NCBI RefSeq assembly: GCF_018350175.1
Contig: NC_058369.1
Coordinates: forward strand, 4,712,001-4,776,000
Direction: 5' to 3'
Length of the DNA stretch: 64,000 nt
DNA from: Felis catus
Lineage: Eukaryota
Shown: positions 51,211 through 64,000 of the stretch, one piece after another
How positions within the stretch are numbered: the first letter of the stretch is position 1
Layout: every line of letters begins with the position of its first letter
The notes under the pieces: model-generated
What the model saw: the letters and a program-made list of their open reading frames with translations, nothing else
Databases searched by the model: none
What the model was told of the DNA's origin: nothing
Made by a program: the position numbers and the translations under genes

Positions 51211-54200
51211 CCTTCAGGACCCACGAGGCCTCCCCCTCGGCCTACCCGCTGCTCACCGGCCTGCAGACGAGCGCATCGCGGTATCCCCCGAAGAGCAGGG
51301 CCTGGGCTTTGAGGAAGAGACGGGACACCCCTTCCCCGGGCGCCAGGGCAACCTTCCTTAGCCGCAGCCTCAGCAGGGACACCTGGAGGACAAGGGGGCA
51401 GCTGTGAGCCGGTGGGTGTGGGGCCTCCCCTCCACCACGCGCGGGGGGGAGCAGAGAAGGGGGTAACACTGACCACGTCTGGGGGCAACGCTTGCACGTC
51501 GTCGAAGGGCGTCTCTAAGGTATTGGAGTCCACGTTCATCATCACGACTTCCTCCAGGGCTTTCTCCCGCACTCTCTGCATTGGGGAGTGAGGGTGGGGA
51601 CGGCCGCTCAGGGCCCGAGGGTCTCTGGCGGGGGCAGTTATTTGGGGGTCCAAAAGAGGGGAATCCCGCAGGCCGCTGCGGTCCAGGTCCGCTCTCACTC
51701 ACCTCGGCGAGACTGGAGTGCACTCCGATGAGGTAGGGCATGGGCGCACTGCGGACGACCGAGGGGACAGGGTCATGCAGGCGCCGCCCAGGGGTCCCCA
51801 GGACCCCAGGCCTCTTCCCCAAGCTCGGCCCCCGCCCCTCACCAGCAGTAGTCCAGCAGATGCGGCGGCAGCGTGGGGATCAGCACGTGCTCCCAGTGCA
51901 TGGGGTACAGGAGGGCGCAGGACGCGTGGACGCACGAAGTCAGCTGGGGACAGGTGGGGGGCCGTGGAGTCAGGGCGTGGACCCCCAGCTTCAAGGAACC
52001 TCTTCGGGACGGTGGCTCTCCCGGCTCCATTCCCCACGTCCCCAGTCTCCTGTCCCTCTCTCCCCCTCCTCGCCCCTTGCCCACCCCCTACTGCGTGAGA
52101 GGTGAAAACTCCAATCCCTTCAGGAATCCTGTGACGGCCAAGAATTCGGCAAATTACAGGGCTTGGAGCAGGTGGAGCCAGGACTCAGCGGGTCTCAGGC
52201 GCTCCCTTTAGGGGGCGGGGCTAATATACAACCCTCGGGGAGCTCTCTCCGCAGTGGTAGAACAGCCCGCTAACTCCACCCACAAAGAGGCGGGGCTAGA
52301 ATTCAGCTTCCTTAGGCCCGCCCCTAGGGGAGGAGCCGGCGTTCCTCACCGCCCCCCTTCCCCCACCCGGGTCCTCCTCCTAGAGACCCAACTACAATTT
52401 AGAGCTCCCCCGCACCTCCCCGACGGCACCCTCCAGAGGGGCGGAGCCAGCCTTGCTCTGGCCCATAGTGGGTGGGGTCTGGACCAAGCGCTCCCAAAGA
52501 GGGGGCGCTACAGCTCAGCCCACGCCGATTCCCCCCGCTAAGGGCGGAGCCAGGATTCCACTCCATCCTGAGGCTCAAAGGGGCAGAGCCAGGCCTTCGC
52601 CTCAGGTCTCGCCCAGAGGAATTAGACTGGGAATCCGTCCCGTGGTCACGGCCCCAGGGGCGAAGCCCCACCCCCGGCCCGGCTGGCCCCGCCTCACGGT
52701 GCTCAGCTTGCTGGCGGTGAGAAGGACCCTTCTCTCCGCCAGGAGCGCGGCGAACAGCCCCACGATGTTCTCGTCTGTCACCGCCACCACCAGCTCCGTT
52801 AGGTTCCTCTGAGGATCAGAGAGAAGCGCTGGTCGCGAGGGACCACAAGATGTGGCAGCCCCCTCCGGGTTTCGGGACCTCTCCCCGCCCCCAGAACTCC
52901 CTCCCAGGTGTCCACTCACGTTCTCAGGAATGGATGGCAGGCGGCCAGAGTCGGGGGCTACGAAGCAGGAGAGCTGGGCGGGGGGATGAGCGGGGGCACC
53001 GATCAGTCAGGGGTTGGCCTTGAGGGCCCAGCCCAACGGGGTCCCCAGTTCTGCTCACCGGCCTGCTGTTCCCAGGGGCAGGGGGCGGGATGCTTTGTGC
53101 ACTGGAGATGGTCACTCCGCTGCCCTGGGAGAGAGGTGTAGCTGCGTAGTCCTCGGGGCTGGGGTACAGCCTCCCCACCCACCTAAGGTCGGACTCCCAG
53201 GGATTGGGGGCTACTCACCAGCTCCACGGAGGCCTGGGTCCCAGGCAGGGGCTGGTGCAGCAGATTTAGAAGAAGTTCCTCCACCTCAGAGACCTGGGTG
53301 GGGGTGGAGTGTCTGAGCTGGGGGGGGTGGGTGGGTTGAGGATTGGCTGGGGCTAGGTGGTCTGGGAGGAGCTGAGGGGCTCAGGTCAGGCCTGGGAATT
53401 CCGAGCCTGGTGGAGGGCTTGGGAGGGTAGAGGCTGGGACTCCCACGGGAAGAAGAGGGAGGCTGGTCTCACTTGGTCCTGGGCCAGGAGGTCGCCCACT
53501 GTGTTCAGTAGCTTGTAAAACACCTCAAACCAAGGCAGATGGCTGTGGAGAGGGCGCGTACGTTCCACGAAGTGCCCCCAGGCCAAGGCCCTTCCCACCC
53601 GCCCCCCCCCCAGAGCCCCAAATCTCACACCTGAGGATGCACAGGCAACTGTGGGCACCAGCCCGTAGGTGGCAGAAACCAAATCTGCGGGTGCCGCTCA
53701 GGTCGGTGAGGGCAAAGGTGAAATGTTGTACAGCTGGGCTGGGGGGCTCCCTGGAGGTGGGAAGGGCTCTCAGAGACCCAAGGGTCCCAGGTCCCCGAAC
53801 CACGCCCCCACCCCAGCACCAACAACACTCCTACTGCTGTGTCCACCAGTCTGGGGCTCTGGGTGTATAGATCCTTAGTTGTCAGGGTCCCTGAGTCCCT
53901 GGGTCCCTGGGTGTTTGTGGGGGTCCCTGAGAAGTCTGAGTCCTTGGGTTCCTGCAAGTAAGCTTCCTTCCATACCTTTCCACATCAAAAGGGAAGCAGA
54001 ATTTAGGCACCATCTGCATAGCTTCCTGGGGATGGAGAGAGGGCACACTGCTTGGCCATTCGGGTTAGGCCCCACCCCTGGCCAAGACAATCTCTTCCCC
54101 TGCCGGGACTGGCCCTGGGCCCAGGGGAGCCAAGAACCAGCCAGCATACCTGGTCCCTGAAGTCTGGGGGAAACTGCCGCAGGATGGGGGGATCTGTGGG

Positions 54201-55462
54201 AGAGCGGGCTTCTAAGTTCAGGGCCCCAGACCTGCCCTCCACGTCCCCACCCCCACCTGATGCCCCCAACTCACCTTCTTGCAGGGAGGCAGGGCGGGCT
54301 GCTTCGAAGAACCAATCAAACACGGCAGGTGGACCCCCTCTGTGGGGGCAGGAATGGGCTTTAGTGGGTCCAGGGGCTTCCTTCTGTGTCTGTGGTTGTG
54401 TCTGCAACTCTGTACCTGTGTGTGTGACCTCAATGGTTTGTGACAGTGAGTTGGTTGTGGGGTGCCGTGCGAACAATAGTATTGAAGGTGTGTGTGTGTG
54501 ACGGAGAAGTGTGAAGGACCGAGTGTGACTTGTGTGCATGTGTGGACATGACGTGTGTGAGCCCGTGACTTGTGTTTAGGTGCTGTGTGACTTGGGTGAG
54601 CACACAGGTGTGTGTGCGCATGACTTGGGTGAACATGCAGGGGTGTGTGTGTTTGTGATTCTCTCCTGTGTTTTCCTGGAAGGATGAGACTGACCAGTGT
54701 CGGTGTCCGGTCGATGAGTGTGTGTGACCAAGCCAGCGTGGGGACAAATAGAATCCACAACTTCTTGTGTGGCTGTGAGTGTGGCTGGGTAAATGTGTGA
54801 GCATCTCTGTGGTCTGGAGACCAAGAGACCCTGCCCATGCGTCTCTGGCTGGGAGACTTCATGGTGGCCCAAGGGCTGACCCCAAATTTGTCATCAGAGG
54901 AAGGAGGGCAGCATGCCCTTGTGCCCCTGGGGGCCCTGCACTCTTTACTGCCTTCGCTTGCCCCCCCACCCCTCACCCCACAGAGGATGCTGGGTCCTGG
55001 GCTCAGGGACAGGGACAGGGAGACCAGAAGGGAGACAGCACAGGGATGGGGAGTGACTATAGACACACAGAGCCCCCGACACGGGAACCCCCCAGCACTT
55101 CACTCTCATGCTGGCATGGTCCCACACGAGCACCCAGGCACATGGACCCCACACAGTCTTCCCTCACCCCCAACCCCCGCTCCCTGCTGACCCCCGGAAG
55201 CCATGTTCCTCATGACTCTGATACACCAAGAGGTGCCTGCTCAGAGTTGCAAACTTAGTCACCCGGAGCCGGAAGGAGAAAGAAAGACAGGGAAGAGGGG
55301 CTGAGAGACATGCCCCAGTCCCAGCCACCTGCCCCTGTGGCTCACAACCCCTCCCGGGCCTGCCCCACCCCAGCTCCCCTTGGCCCCAGCCCGGGCCTGC
55401 TCTGGGAATCTTGGTCCAGAGAGTGGGGGAGGGTGTAGCTCTTACTCAGCTCTGGATCCCAT
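46837..55462 (-). CDS. DENND1C: DENN domain-containing protein 1C (connecdenn 3, Rab GEF), 802 aa
   Basis: 23 exons: 55462-55446, 54339-54275, 54193-54150, 54025-53976, 53750-53631, 53542-53473, 53293-53219, 53124-53059, 52973-52920, 52808-52698, 51943-51843, 51748-51703, 51575-51474, 51382-51257, 50415-50311, 49509-49419, 49327-49287, 49070-48999, 48379-48335, 48262-48155, 47970-47903, 47778-47571, 47460-46837, total 2409 nt. Motifs [16 protein letters not shown]...[16 protein letters not shown], clathrin-box-like ELDLL; ends [11 protein letters not shown]. Confidence 0.96.
50860..51170. mobile_element. MIR fragments in DENND1C intron 14
   Basis: tttcctcataagtaaaatgggaccataat and cccattttacagatgggcaaacagaggcacagag. 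Confidence 0.7.
51176..51208. repeat. (TTA)n microsatellite
   Basis: About 11 units. Confidence 0.95.
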
Positions 55463-55499
55463 GGTCCCTGCGGGGCCGCCGGTGGGGCCCTTGCCCTAG

Positions 55500-55830
55500 G
55501 GGTCCTGGGGGGCCTGTGCTTGCGTAGGGCTGGGCCCTGAGCCGGCTCAGCTTCCTGTGTGGCCGGGAGAGGAAGTTTAACGGGTGACGTCCCAGGAGGG
55601 AGGCCCCCGCCCCCACCCACTGTGAGAGACCCAGGCATCCTGTCTCCTAGCCTTCCCAGGGATGGGTGGGCATGGGTGGTGGGCTCGGAGGCCAGACCCC
55701 CAGCACTGTCCTGCCAGGCCAGGGCACCTCTGACCCCTGACATCATACCCAGGCCTCCCTCTGTCTGTGGCAGCCAAAGACTCACAATTTGCTTGAAATG
55801 CTTCCTCTTCGCTCAACTCTACTTTCCTTT
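55500..55830 (-). promoter_or_regulatory. DENND1C proximal promoter with ETS/PU.1, CRE-like and GC-box motifs
   Basis: CTTCCTG (55551), GAGGAAGT (55569), TGACGTC (55585), CCCCGCCC (about 55605), GCTTCCTCTT (55800). Confidence 0.55.
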
Positions 55831-55946
55831 GGTCTTTCTGCATCAGTCATTCCCTTTAGGACCACCAGAGGGAGCCAGGCTGGAGAGTGAACGCAGGGGA
55901 GCCAGGGAGGTGGAGAGACAGCACTCAGAACACAGGTAGAGGCAGG

Positions 55947-55947
<1 letters not shown>

Positions 55948-55988
<41 letters not shown>
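55948..55988. repeat. (CA)n microsatellite
   Basis: About 20 units. Confidence 0.95.
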
Positions 55989-55990
<2 letters not shown>

Positions 55991-56144
55991 CTAAGGTCTC
56001 CAGCCAAGACACAAGTGGAGATGAGACTGAACAGAGAGCTTCATGCCCCCCTTTCTCTCCAGGGAGGCTGGACCACAACCAGGACTGCAGATGGACGGTG
56101 CAGATTACTTGGCATCCGTCTCTCTCTCGCACAGTCTTAGACAT

Positions 56145-57100
56145 TGCTAGAGACTGAATGTTTGTGTCCACCCAAAATTTACATATTAAATCCTACCCCC
56201 GCCACCAGGGTGATGGTATTAGGAGGTGGGACCAATGGGAGACGATTGAGCCATGGGGGCAGGGCCCTCATGAGTGGGATCAATGACCTTATGAGACCCC
56301 AGAGAGCCCCTCCCCCCTTCTGCCACGGGAGGACATGGTGAAGAGACAGCGGTCTCTATGAGCCAGGGAGTGGGTCCTCAACTGGACACGAAGTCTGCCG
56401 GTGCCTTGATGTTGGACTTCCAGTCCTGAAAATTGCAAGAAGCAAATGTGTATTGTTTATGAGCCACCCAGTTTATGGCATTCTGTTAGAGAAGCCCTAA
56501 TGATCTAAGGCCTGGAGTCTGGGAGGAAGTTCAGCTGAGTGTTGACCTCTCTGTATTAATTATCTATTGCCGTGCAACAAGTCACCCTAAAGCGAACGGC
56601 ATAAAAGAACACCCGTTTGTCGTCTGGCAGTTTCTGTGGGGGCCCGGACTCTGGGCACAGCTCAGCTGGGTCCTCTATTGCAGGATCTCTCAGCTGTAGC
56701 AACGTGTCCCCTGGGCTGTGGTCTCATCCGAAGGACCAGGCGGCAAATGGTCTGCGTGGAAGCTCACTTGGTGGCTGTTGGCAGGATTCAGTTCACTGTG
56801 GATTGTGGGACTGAGGGTCTCAGGTCCTCGCTGGCTGCTGGCTGGAGGCTGCCCTCGGTTCTTTGCCACACGGACCTTCCCAACACGCTGCTTCCTTCAC
56901 CACAGCAAGCAGGCTGAGAAGACCACAGAATGTATCAAGGCAGAAGTCAGTCTTTTGTAACTTAGTCTTAGAAGTGACATCCCATCATCTTTGACGTATC
57001 AAAGATGATACGTCAAGAAGCCATCACCAGGTCCAGCCCACCCTCAGTGGGAGGGGATCACACGGGGGCATGAATAGGTGAGAAGGGCCTCACTGGGGGC
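56145..57100. mobile_element. MaLR LTR remnants (MLT1A-like + at 56145-56510; oppositely oriented MLT1 at 56550-57100)
   Basis: tgctagagactgaatgtttgtgtcc...gccacccagtttatggcattctgttag; tgtattaattatctattgccgtgcaacaagtcaccc. Confidence 0.7.
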
Positions 57101-57166
57101 AGTCTGAGAAGGCACCTTCTCTATTCTCTGGGCCTTCATTTTCCCACTCTAAAATGAGGAAATCAC

Positions 57167-57380
57167 GGGGCGCCTGGGTGACTCAGTCAGTCAAGTGTCC
57201 AACTTCGGCTCAGGTCACGATCTCACGGTTTGTGGGTTTGAGCCCTGTGTCTGGATCTGTGCTGACAGCTCAGAGCCTGCAGCCGGCTTTGAATTCTGTG
57301 TCTCCCTCTCTCTCTGCCCCTCCCCTGCTCATGCTCTGTCTCTCTCAAAAATAAATAAACGTTAAAAAGATTTATTAAAA
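57167..57380 (+). mobile_element. Can-SINE (feline type)
   Basis: Matches consensus. Confidence 0.9.
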
Positions 57381-57409
57381 TGGAGAAATCAGGACATGTA
57401 GAGTGGAGT

Positions 57410-58290
57410 TGCTCATTCATTCAACAAAGAATTACTTGAGGGTCTGTGTTGTATCAGGCTCTTCTGGGCATGTGGTGACCAAGGTAGACAAGATTCCTGT
57501 CTTCATGAAGTTTACATTCTAGTAGGCAAGGAAGAGGACAGACAAGAAACAAGACGAGATCATTGGAGTTAGCAATAGGCATGAGGAGTAAATGAAACAA
57601 GATAGTTGATGGAGAGTGACTGGGTGCTAATTTTAGATTCGCCAGGGAAGGCCACTCCGAGAAGTGACATTTGAACTGAAGCCTGCAGACCAAAGTAGCA
57701 GAATAGCAAGTGCAAAGGCCCTGAGGTTGAATCGAGCTTGATTTGATTGACCACAAAAAGAAGGTCACTGCAGTTTCAACTTAGTTGAGTGAGGGGGAGG
57801 ATGATGGAGAGGTAGTCAGCAGGGGGGCGGTGGAGAGCAAGGTGAGAGTTTGAGTTTCAGTCTGAGTGTGAGGAGAGTCGTGGCAAGGTTTTGAACAAGG
57901 GAGGGGCAGGCTTCGCACGTGCGATTTGCATATAAAGGCTCCTCTCTGGCTGCTGTGGATGAAGAACACACTTTAAGGGGACAGGGGTGGCAGCCGGGGG
58001 TCCAGGGAAGCGATCGGGAGGGGGGTTGTCTGGATGCTCAATAATGGAGGCTGAGACCAGGGTCCAGCCAAGTGGAGAGAAGGGGTCAAATTTGGGGTGT
58101 CTTTTGGAGACAGAGACAACCAGACTCAGCAAGAGATAGGAAGAGCATGTTGGGCGCAGGAAACGGGGAATCAAGGCTGATTCAGATCTGGGGTCTGAGC
58201 AACAGCACGGTGCCATTTGTCAGAGAAGGGGATGCTTTGGGAGTAGAACGGGGAGTTCTTTTGTGGCCACATTAGGTTTGAGAGGGTAAA
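57410..58290 (-). mobile_element. L2 fragment
   Basis: ctcattcattcaacaaa...agtgcaaaggccctgagg...cctctctggctgctgtgga. Confidence 0.65.
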
Positions 58291-58872
58291 GAGAGCCACG
58301 TTCACTGCCTGGTCGGTCCATTTTCTTTCTGCTCTACCAGCCAGCTCTGTGCTGTGCTTGCTGAAATGCGGGTTGCTGGGGACTGGCATCCAGGCTGTGC
58401 TCCCCACACTTCTTCCTCGAGGCTGCAGGGGGACCCGGTTAGTCAGGGGTCTGGAACCCCAGTCCGGGCCAGGTGGCCTAGCACAGAGTGGGGTGGACGT
58501 AGCTGATTGGCTCTCAGCAACTCCCCCTCCTTCTTTCTCTTCCTCCTGGTCTGCCTCCCTCGGTATTGCAGAAGCCAGAAAATTAAAAAGCAAAAAGACA
58601 CAAAAACACAAAACCCCACAACAAGCCAAAGCATTTCCTAGACTTCTTTGCCGCCCTGGTTCTGGAAGCACACGAGGTTCTGCTAACCAGAAATGCTCAC
58701 GAGAGATTTGCAAGGCAGAAGTGAGAGCAGAACTCTGCGTTTGTACCTATTTCCAGCGTTGTGCGGCGTTGGGAGGTGTGCTTGGATTCTGTAATTCTGG
58801 TGGCGGTGCCTTTCCCACCGAGCAGAGGAAGCAGTTCCCCGGTGGCTCAGCTCTGTGGTGTTCTGACCTGTT

Positions 58873-59074
58873 CCAGGGCTACTCAGAACGTGGCCTCAGA
58901 GGCAGTAGCCTCACCCAGCATCACCTGGGAGCTTGTTAGAAATGCAAGGTCTGGGGGCGCCTGAGTGGCTCAGTCGGTTAGACACTCTTGATTTCAGTTC
59001 TGGTCATGATCTCGTGGTTCATGAGTTCAAACCCCACAGCGGGCTCTGAGCTGACAGTGCGGAGCCTGCTTAGG

Positions 59075-59116
<42 letters not shown>

Positions 59117-60162
59117 ACTCTCTCTGCCCCTCCCATGATCTCTCTCTCTCTCTCTCTCCTTGAAATAAGTAAACTAAACTTTAAGAATGTTTTTTAAAAA
59201 TGCAAGGGCTGAGGCACCTGGCTGGCTTAGTTGGTGGAGCGTGCAACTCTTGGTTGTGGGTTTGAGCCCCATGTTGGGTGTAGAGATTATTTAAAAATAA
59301 AATCTTAAAAAATGTAAAGTCTTGGGCCCTACTCCCCAAAACCTATTAAACCAGGAAGTCTAGGGTGGGACCCAGGAAGCTGTGCTCTGGCCAAGTTTNN
59401 NNNNNNNNNNNNNNNNNNNNNNNNNNNNNNNNNNNNNNNNNNNNNNNNNNNNNNNNNNNNNNNNNNNNNNNNNNNNNNNNNNNNNNNNNNNNNNNNNNNN
59501 NNNNNNNNNNNNNNNNNNNNNNNNNNNNNNNNNNNNNNNNNNNNNNNNNNNNNNNNNNNNNNNNNNNNNNNNNNNNNNNNNNNNNNNNNNNNNNNNNNNA
59601 TTTATTTTGAGGGGCGCCTGGGTGGTGCAGTCGGTTAAGCGTCCGACTTCAGCCAGGTCACGATCTTGCGGTCCGTGAGTTCGAGCCCTGCGTCAGGCTC
59701 TGGGCTGATGGCTCAGAGCCTAGAGCCTGTTTCCGATTCTGTGTCTCCCTCTCTCTCTGCCCCTCCCCCGTTCATGCTCTGTCTCTCTCTGTCCCAAAAA
59801 TAAACGTTGAAAAAAAAATTTAAAAAAAATTTATTTTGAGAGAGAGAGTGTGAAAGCAGGGAAGGGGCAGAGAGAGAGGGAGAGAGAGAATATCCTAAGA
59901 AGTCTCCATACCATCAGCGCAGAGCCCGAAGTGAGGCTTGAATTCATGAACCGCGAGATTATGACCAGAGCTGAAATCAAGATTTGGACGCCTAACTGAG
60001 CCACCCAGGCGCCCCCCATTATTTTTTTTAATGTCGGCTTTACACCCAACTTCGGGCTTGAACTGACAAGCCTGAGGCCCAGGGTGGTATGCTGTCCCGA
60101 CTGAGCCAGTCTGGCACCCCTTGCCGGTGATTCTTCGGCACACTGACGTTTAAGAAATACTG
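58873..60162. mobile_element. MER5A-like hAT element interrupted by about 5 Can-SINEs (58953-59200 +, 59210-59310 +, 59611-59830 +, 59830-60017 -, 60020-60120 -)
   Basis: Pieces cagcatcacctgggagcttgttagaaatgca, cttgggccctactcccc...gggtgggacccagg and ggtgattctt...tttaagaaatactgg follow the recalled MER5A consensus in order. Confidence 0.75.
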
Positions 60163-60900
60163 GCCTGTGGTCAGCTCTCTTAGTCCCTCTAACAATGCCG
60201 GAAGCCCCCAAATCCTTGTATTAAATCCCTTTCTGCTTAATACGCCTATGATGGTCCTTGTCCTGAGCTCTGGCTGACAAAGGGGAATCAGAGTTCTAGA
60301 CTTAATGTGTCGAGAACCCCAACCTCACTGCTTGATGGCCATGGGACGTTGGGCAAGACTGTGTGCAGCAAATCACAATTTCCAAAGATGGTCACAGAGA
60401 TGTCTCCCATCCCACATGCCCTTCTGGAATCTTTCTTCTCTACCCTCAAGGGGGTGGAGTCTACATCCTACCCCCTTGAACCTGGGTGGGCCTTTGTGAC
60501 CCCCATCGATCAGGAGTCCAGAGGACGCTATGTGACTTCTGCAGCTGGGTCAGAAAAAGGCAACGTAGTCTGCCCTGCTCTCCTGGGATGTCTGCTCACG
60601 GGGAACCTGCCACCATGCTGTGAGGATGCCCCAGCTGACTATGGAAGGGTACTGATGCCCTCCGTCTACCCACCCCATCTGAACAAATGGAGGCTGAGAC
60701 CACAAGCGGCTTACTCAACACCACGCAGTTAGTTAGCGATCCAGCCTGCTCTGTCCCTCTCTGAAATCTCTGCCGCCCTCCCCAGCACCCCCAGATCAGA
60801 CGTCCCTTCAGCACCCAGGTCCATCCCATGAAGCTCCCTTGCTGACCCTCCCGCAGGGAGATGATACAACGCACGGGGCACACACCTGGCAGGCCACCAG

Positions 60901-60910
60901 TTTATTTATT
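60901..60910 (-). terminator. TUBB4A poly(A) signals (overlapping AATAAATAAA)
   Basis: TTTATTTATT on +. Confidence 0.8.
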
Positions 60911-61385
60911 GCGGGTGAAGCAGAGGGGAGGAGGCCGGGGAGGCTTGAGGGCGCAACGCCTTTTGCTCACATGCTCCAGGGCTTCTTCCTCGGGCGGCGG
61001 CAGCCAGCCCCCCACCACCCTGGCAAACCAAGGTTGGCTAGGGCCCAGGGGAGGGAGGGGCGGGGAGAGAGGGGAGGGGCGGGAGCCAGAGGGAGACGAG
61101 GCAGTCCTAGGGGAGGCGGGGCAAGGCCAGAGGGGTGGAAAGTAAACGGGGAGCACAGTGGGGTCCGTGGGGGAGGTCAAAGGTGAAGGAGAGGTCCGCG
61201 CGAAGGGAGGCTCCCGGAGAGTTAACGGTGGGGCTCACGAGGGGGTGCGTGCGTCCACGTTAGAAGAGCTACGGGGAGGGCGCCCGCGGGTCAAAGGTCA
61301 CCCGGGAAGCGCGAGGCTCGGAGGGGCGGGCCCAGAGGCGGGGCGAGGCCGGGTTGCAGCGCGGGGCGGGGGGTNNNNNNNNNNN

Positions 61386-62525
<1,140 letters not shown>

Positions 62526-62619
62526 TCACCCCGGCCATCCTAGGAGTCGAATAACAGCCATGAAATTATTATTGTGTTAGCGTTACTGTGGGTCGTTCTT
62601 GCGGTCTGCCTCTATCCTT

Positions 62620-63660
62620 GCTGGCTTCTCATCCAGCAGCCAGAGGGGATCCTGGGAAAGCCGGAAGCCATTCATGTCCCGCTTTGGCCCAGAAGCCTCC
62701 TGCTTTAGGCTCAAAAACCGGCTGGGTCTTTGAATAAAAGCCCAAGCCTCTCCGCCCCCACTCGGCCCACAGGCCCCTGCAGGACCTGCGAGCCCCTCTC
62801 CCTGCTCTCACCTCCTCTCTCTCTTTTCTGGCTCACTCTTCTCCAACCAGAGGGTCCTCCTTGCTGTTCCTCCAACACACCAGGCCCAGTCCTGCCCCAG
62901 GGCCTTTGCACATGCATTCCCTCTGCTCGAAATGGTCTTCCCGCAGATACCCACATGGCTCTCTCATCTCCTTCAGGGCTTTGTCACTCTCACTGAGGCT
63001 TTCCTCCCATTTCTTATTCCTCTTCCTTGCCTTTTTTTTTTTTCCCCCCTGAAGCACTGACAAACTTACGTGTTCTTGTTACTCATGTTCGTTGTCTGTA
63101 ATCTCACCGGGAAATGTGACCTCCAGGAGGGCAAGGATTAGTGTTAGTGGATGGGCCGGTATTTTTGTGAAAAGGTTAACATTTCTTCTCATTCCCTCCT
63201 TTGACTCCACCCTGGTCTGACCTCATCAACCCTGTTCTGGACTGGTTCCCACCCGCCTCCCCACCCTCTACAGAACAGTCTGTTCTCCTGCCAGCAGCCA
63301 GAGGGCGTCTGTGAGCACCTGAATCATGTCCCACCCTCCCCTACCCACAACCCTCCAGGGCTCCCACTTCCCTGGGGGTACAAGCCCAGGTCTTCCCTGC
63401 AGCCCACAGAGCCCTGAACAACCTGCCCCTACCCTGTCTCGTGCCTGTACTCACCTCCTCCCTCTCTCTCCCTCGTCCACTCTGCTCTAACCACATCGGG
63501 CTCCTTGCAGTTCCTCCAGCACACCAGGCCTGGTGCTGCCCCAGGACCTTTGCGCCTGCTGTTCATTCTGCCTGGGATGCCCTTACCCCCAGGTACTCAC
63601 ATAGCCGACTTTTCTTTCAGGTCTTTGTCCCATGTCACCTCCTCAGAGAGAAACGGGATT
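62620..63660 (+). mobile_element. L2 fragments in TUBB4A intron 3
   Basis: ctgttcctccaacacaccaggcccagtcctgccccagggcctttgcac and a second similar copy near 63500. Confidence 0.65.
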
Positions 63661-64000
63661 GCCAGGCAGTCTGTCTCCTGACTCCACACTTTTACCACTG
63701 CCTCCCCACCCAGGCTCCCAGAAGCCTTCAAATCTATTGGTCCCGATGGAGCCACCCATAGTTATCCTAGACTCCCTCACACCCTTTGGTCAACATTATT
63801 TAGTCCTTCCACAGCCATATCCCGAGGACATATTGTATGCCATACCCACACGGGAGCAGGGAGTTATCTTGCTGAATCATCACACAGACCAGAGAGGGGA
63901 AGTTGTTTGTCCAAGGTCACACAGCCTGTCCTGTCAACGCGTAGACTTCAGACTCTATAAACCACCCTGCTCTGGGGAAGAGAGGTTCCCCCGGGTGCTG

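Noticed and set aside
54218-55066. 282-aa His/Thr-rich ORF in DENND1C intron 1
   Set aside because: Product of CA-rich low-complexity sequence.

Overview
Mammalian genomic DNA from a felid (dense feline-type Can-SINEs), syntenic to the human 19p13.3 block. It is gene-dense and GC-rich. Left to right: (i) old L1/SINE sequence; (ii) the last two exons of an apparently decaying adenylate-kinase (AK1-like) gene on + (4179-4370, 5358-5425), which the ORF track does not reveal as a gene; (iii) KHSRP (-); (iv) SLC25A41 (-); (v) SLC25A23 (-); (vi) CRB3 (+, both ERLI and CLPI C-termini); (vii) DENND1C (-); (viii) the last exon of TUBB4A (-). Exon boundaries were read by hand from splice signals, and the fully visible CDSs sum to whole codons (SLC25A41 368 aa, SLC25A23 468 aa, CRB3A 120 aa, DENND1C 802 aa). 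Most notable: the AK-like remnant with several inactivating lesions; a 90-bp near-identical tract shared by SLC25A41 and SLC25A23 (likely gene conversion); a one-strand array of CAGGTG E-boxes upstream of CRB3; two GATC-dense degenerate arrays in SLC25A23; and a MER5A-like element split by about five SINEs. Where testable, the N-gaps have the exact expected length, suggesting a reference-guided consensus, so indels need read-level confirmation. Gene and repeat identities come from recalled protein and consensus sequences, not from database searches.
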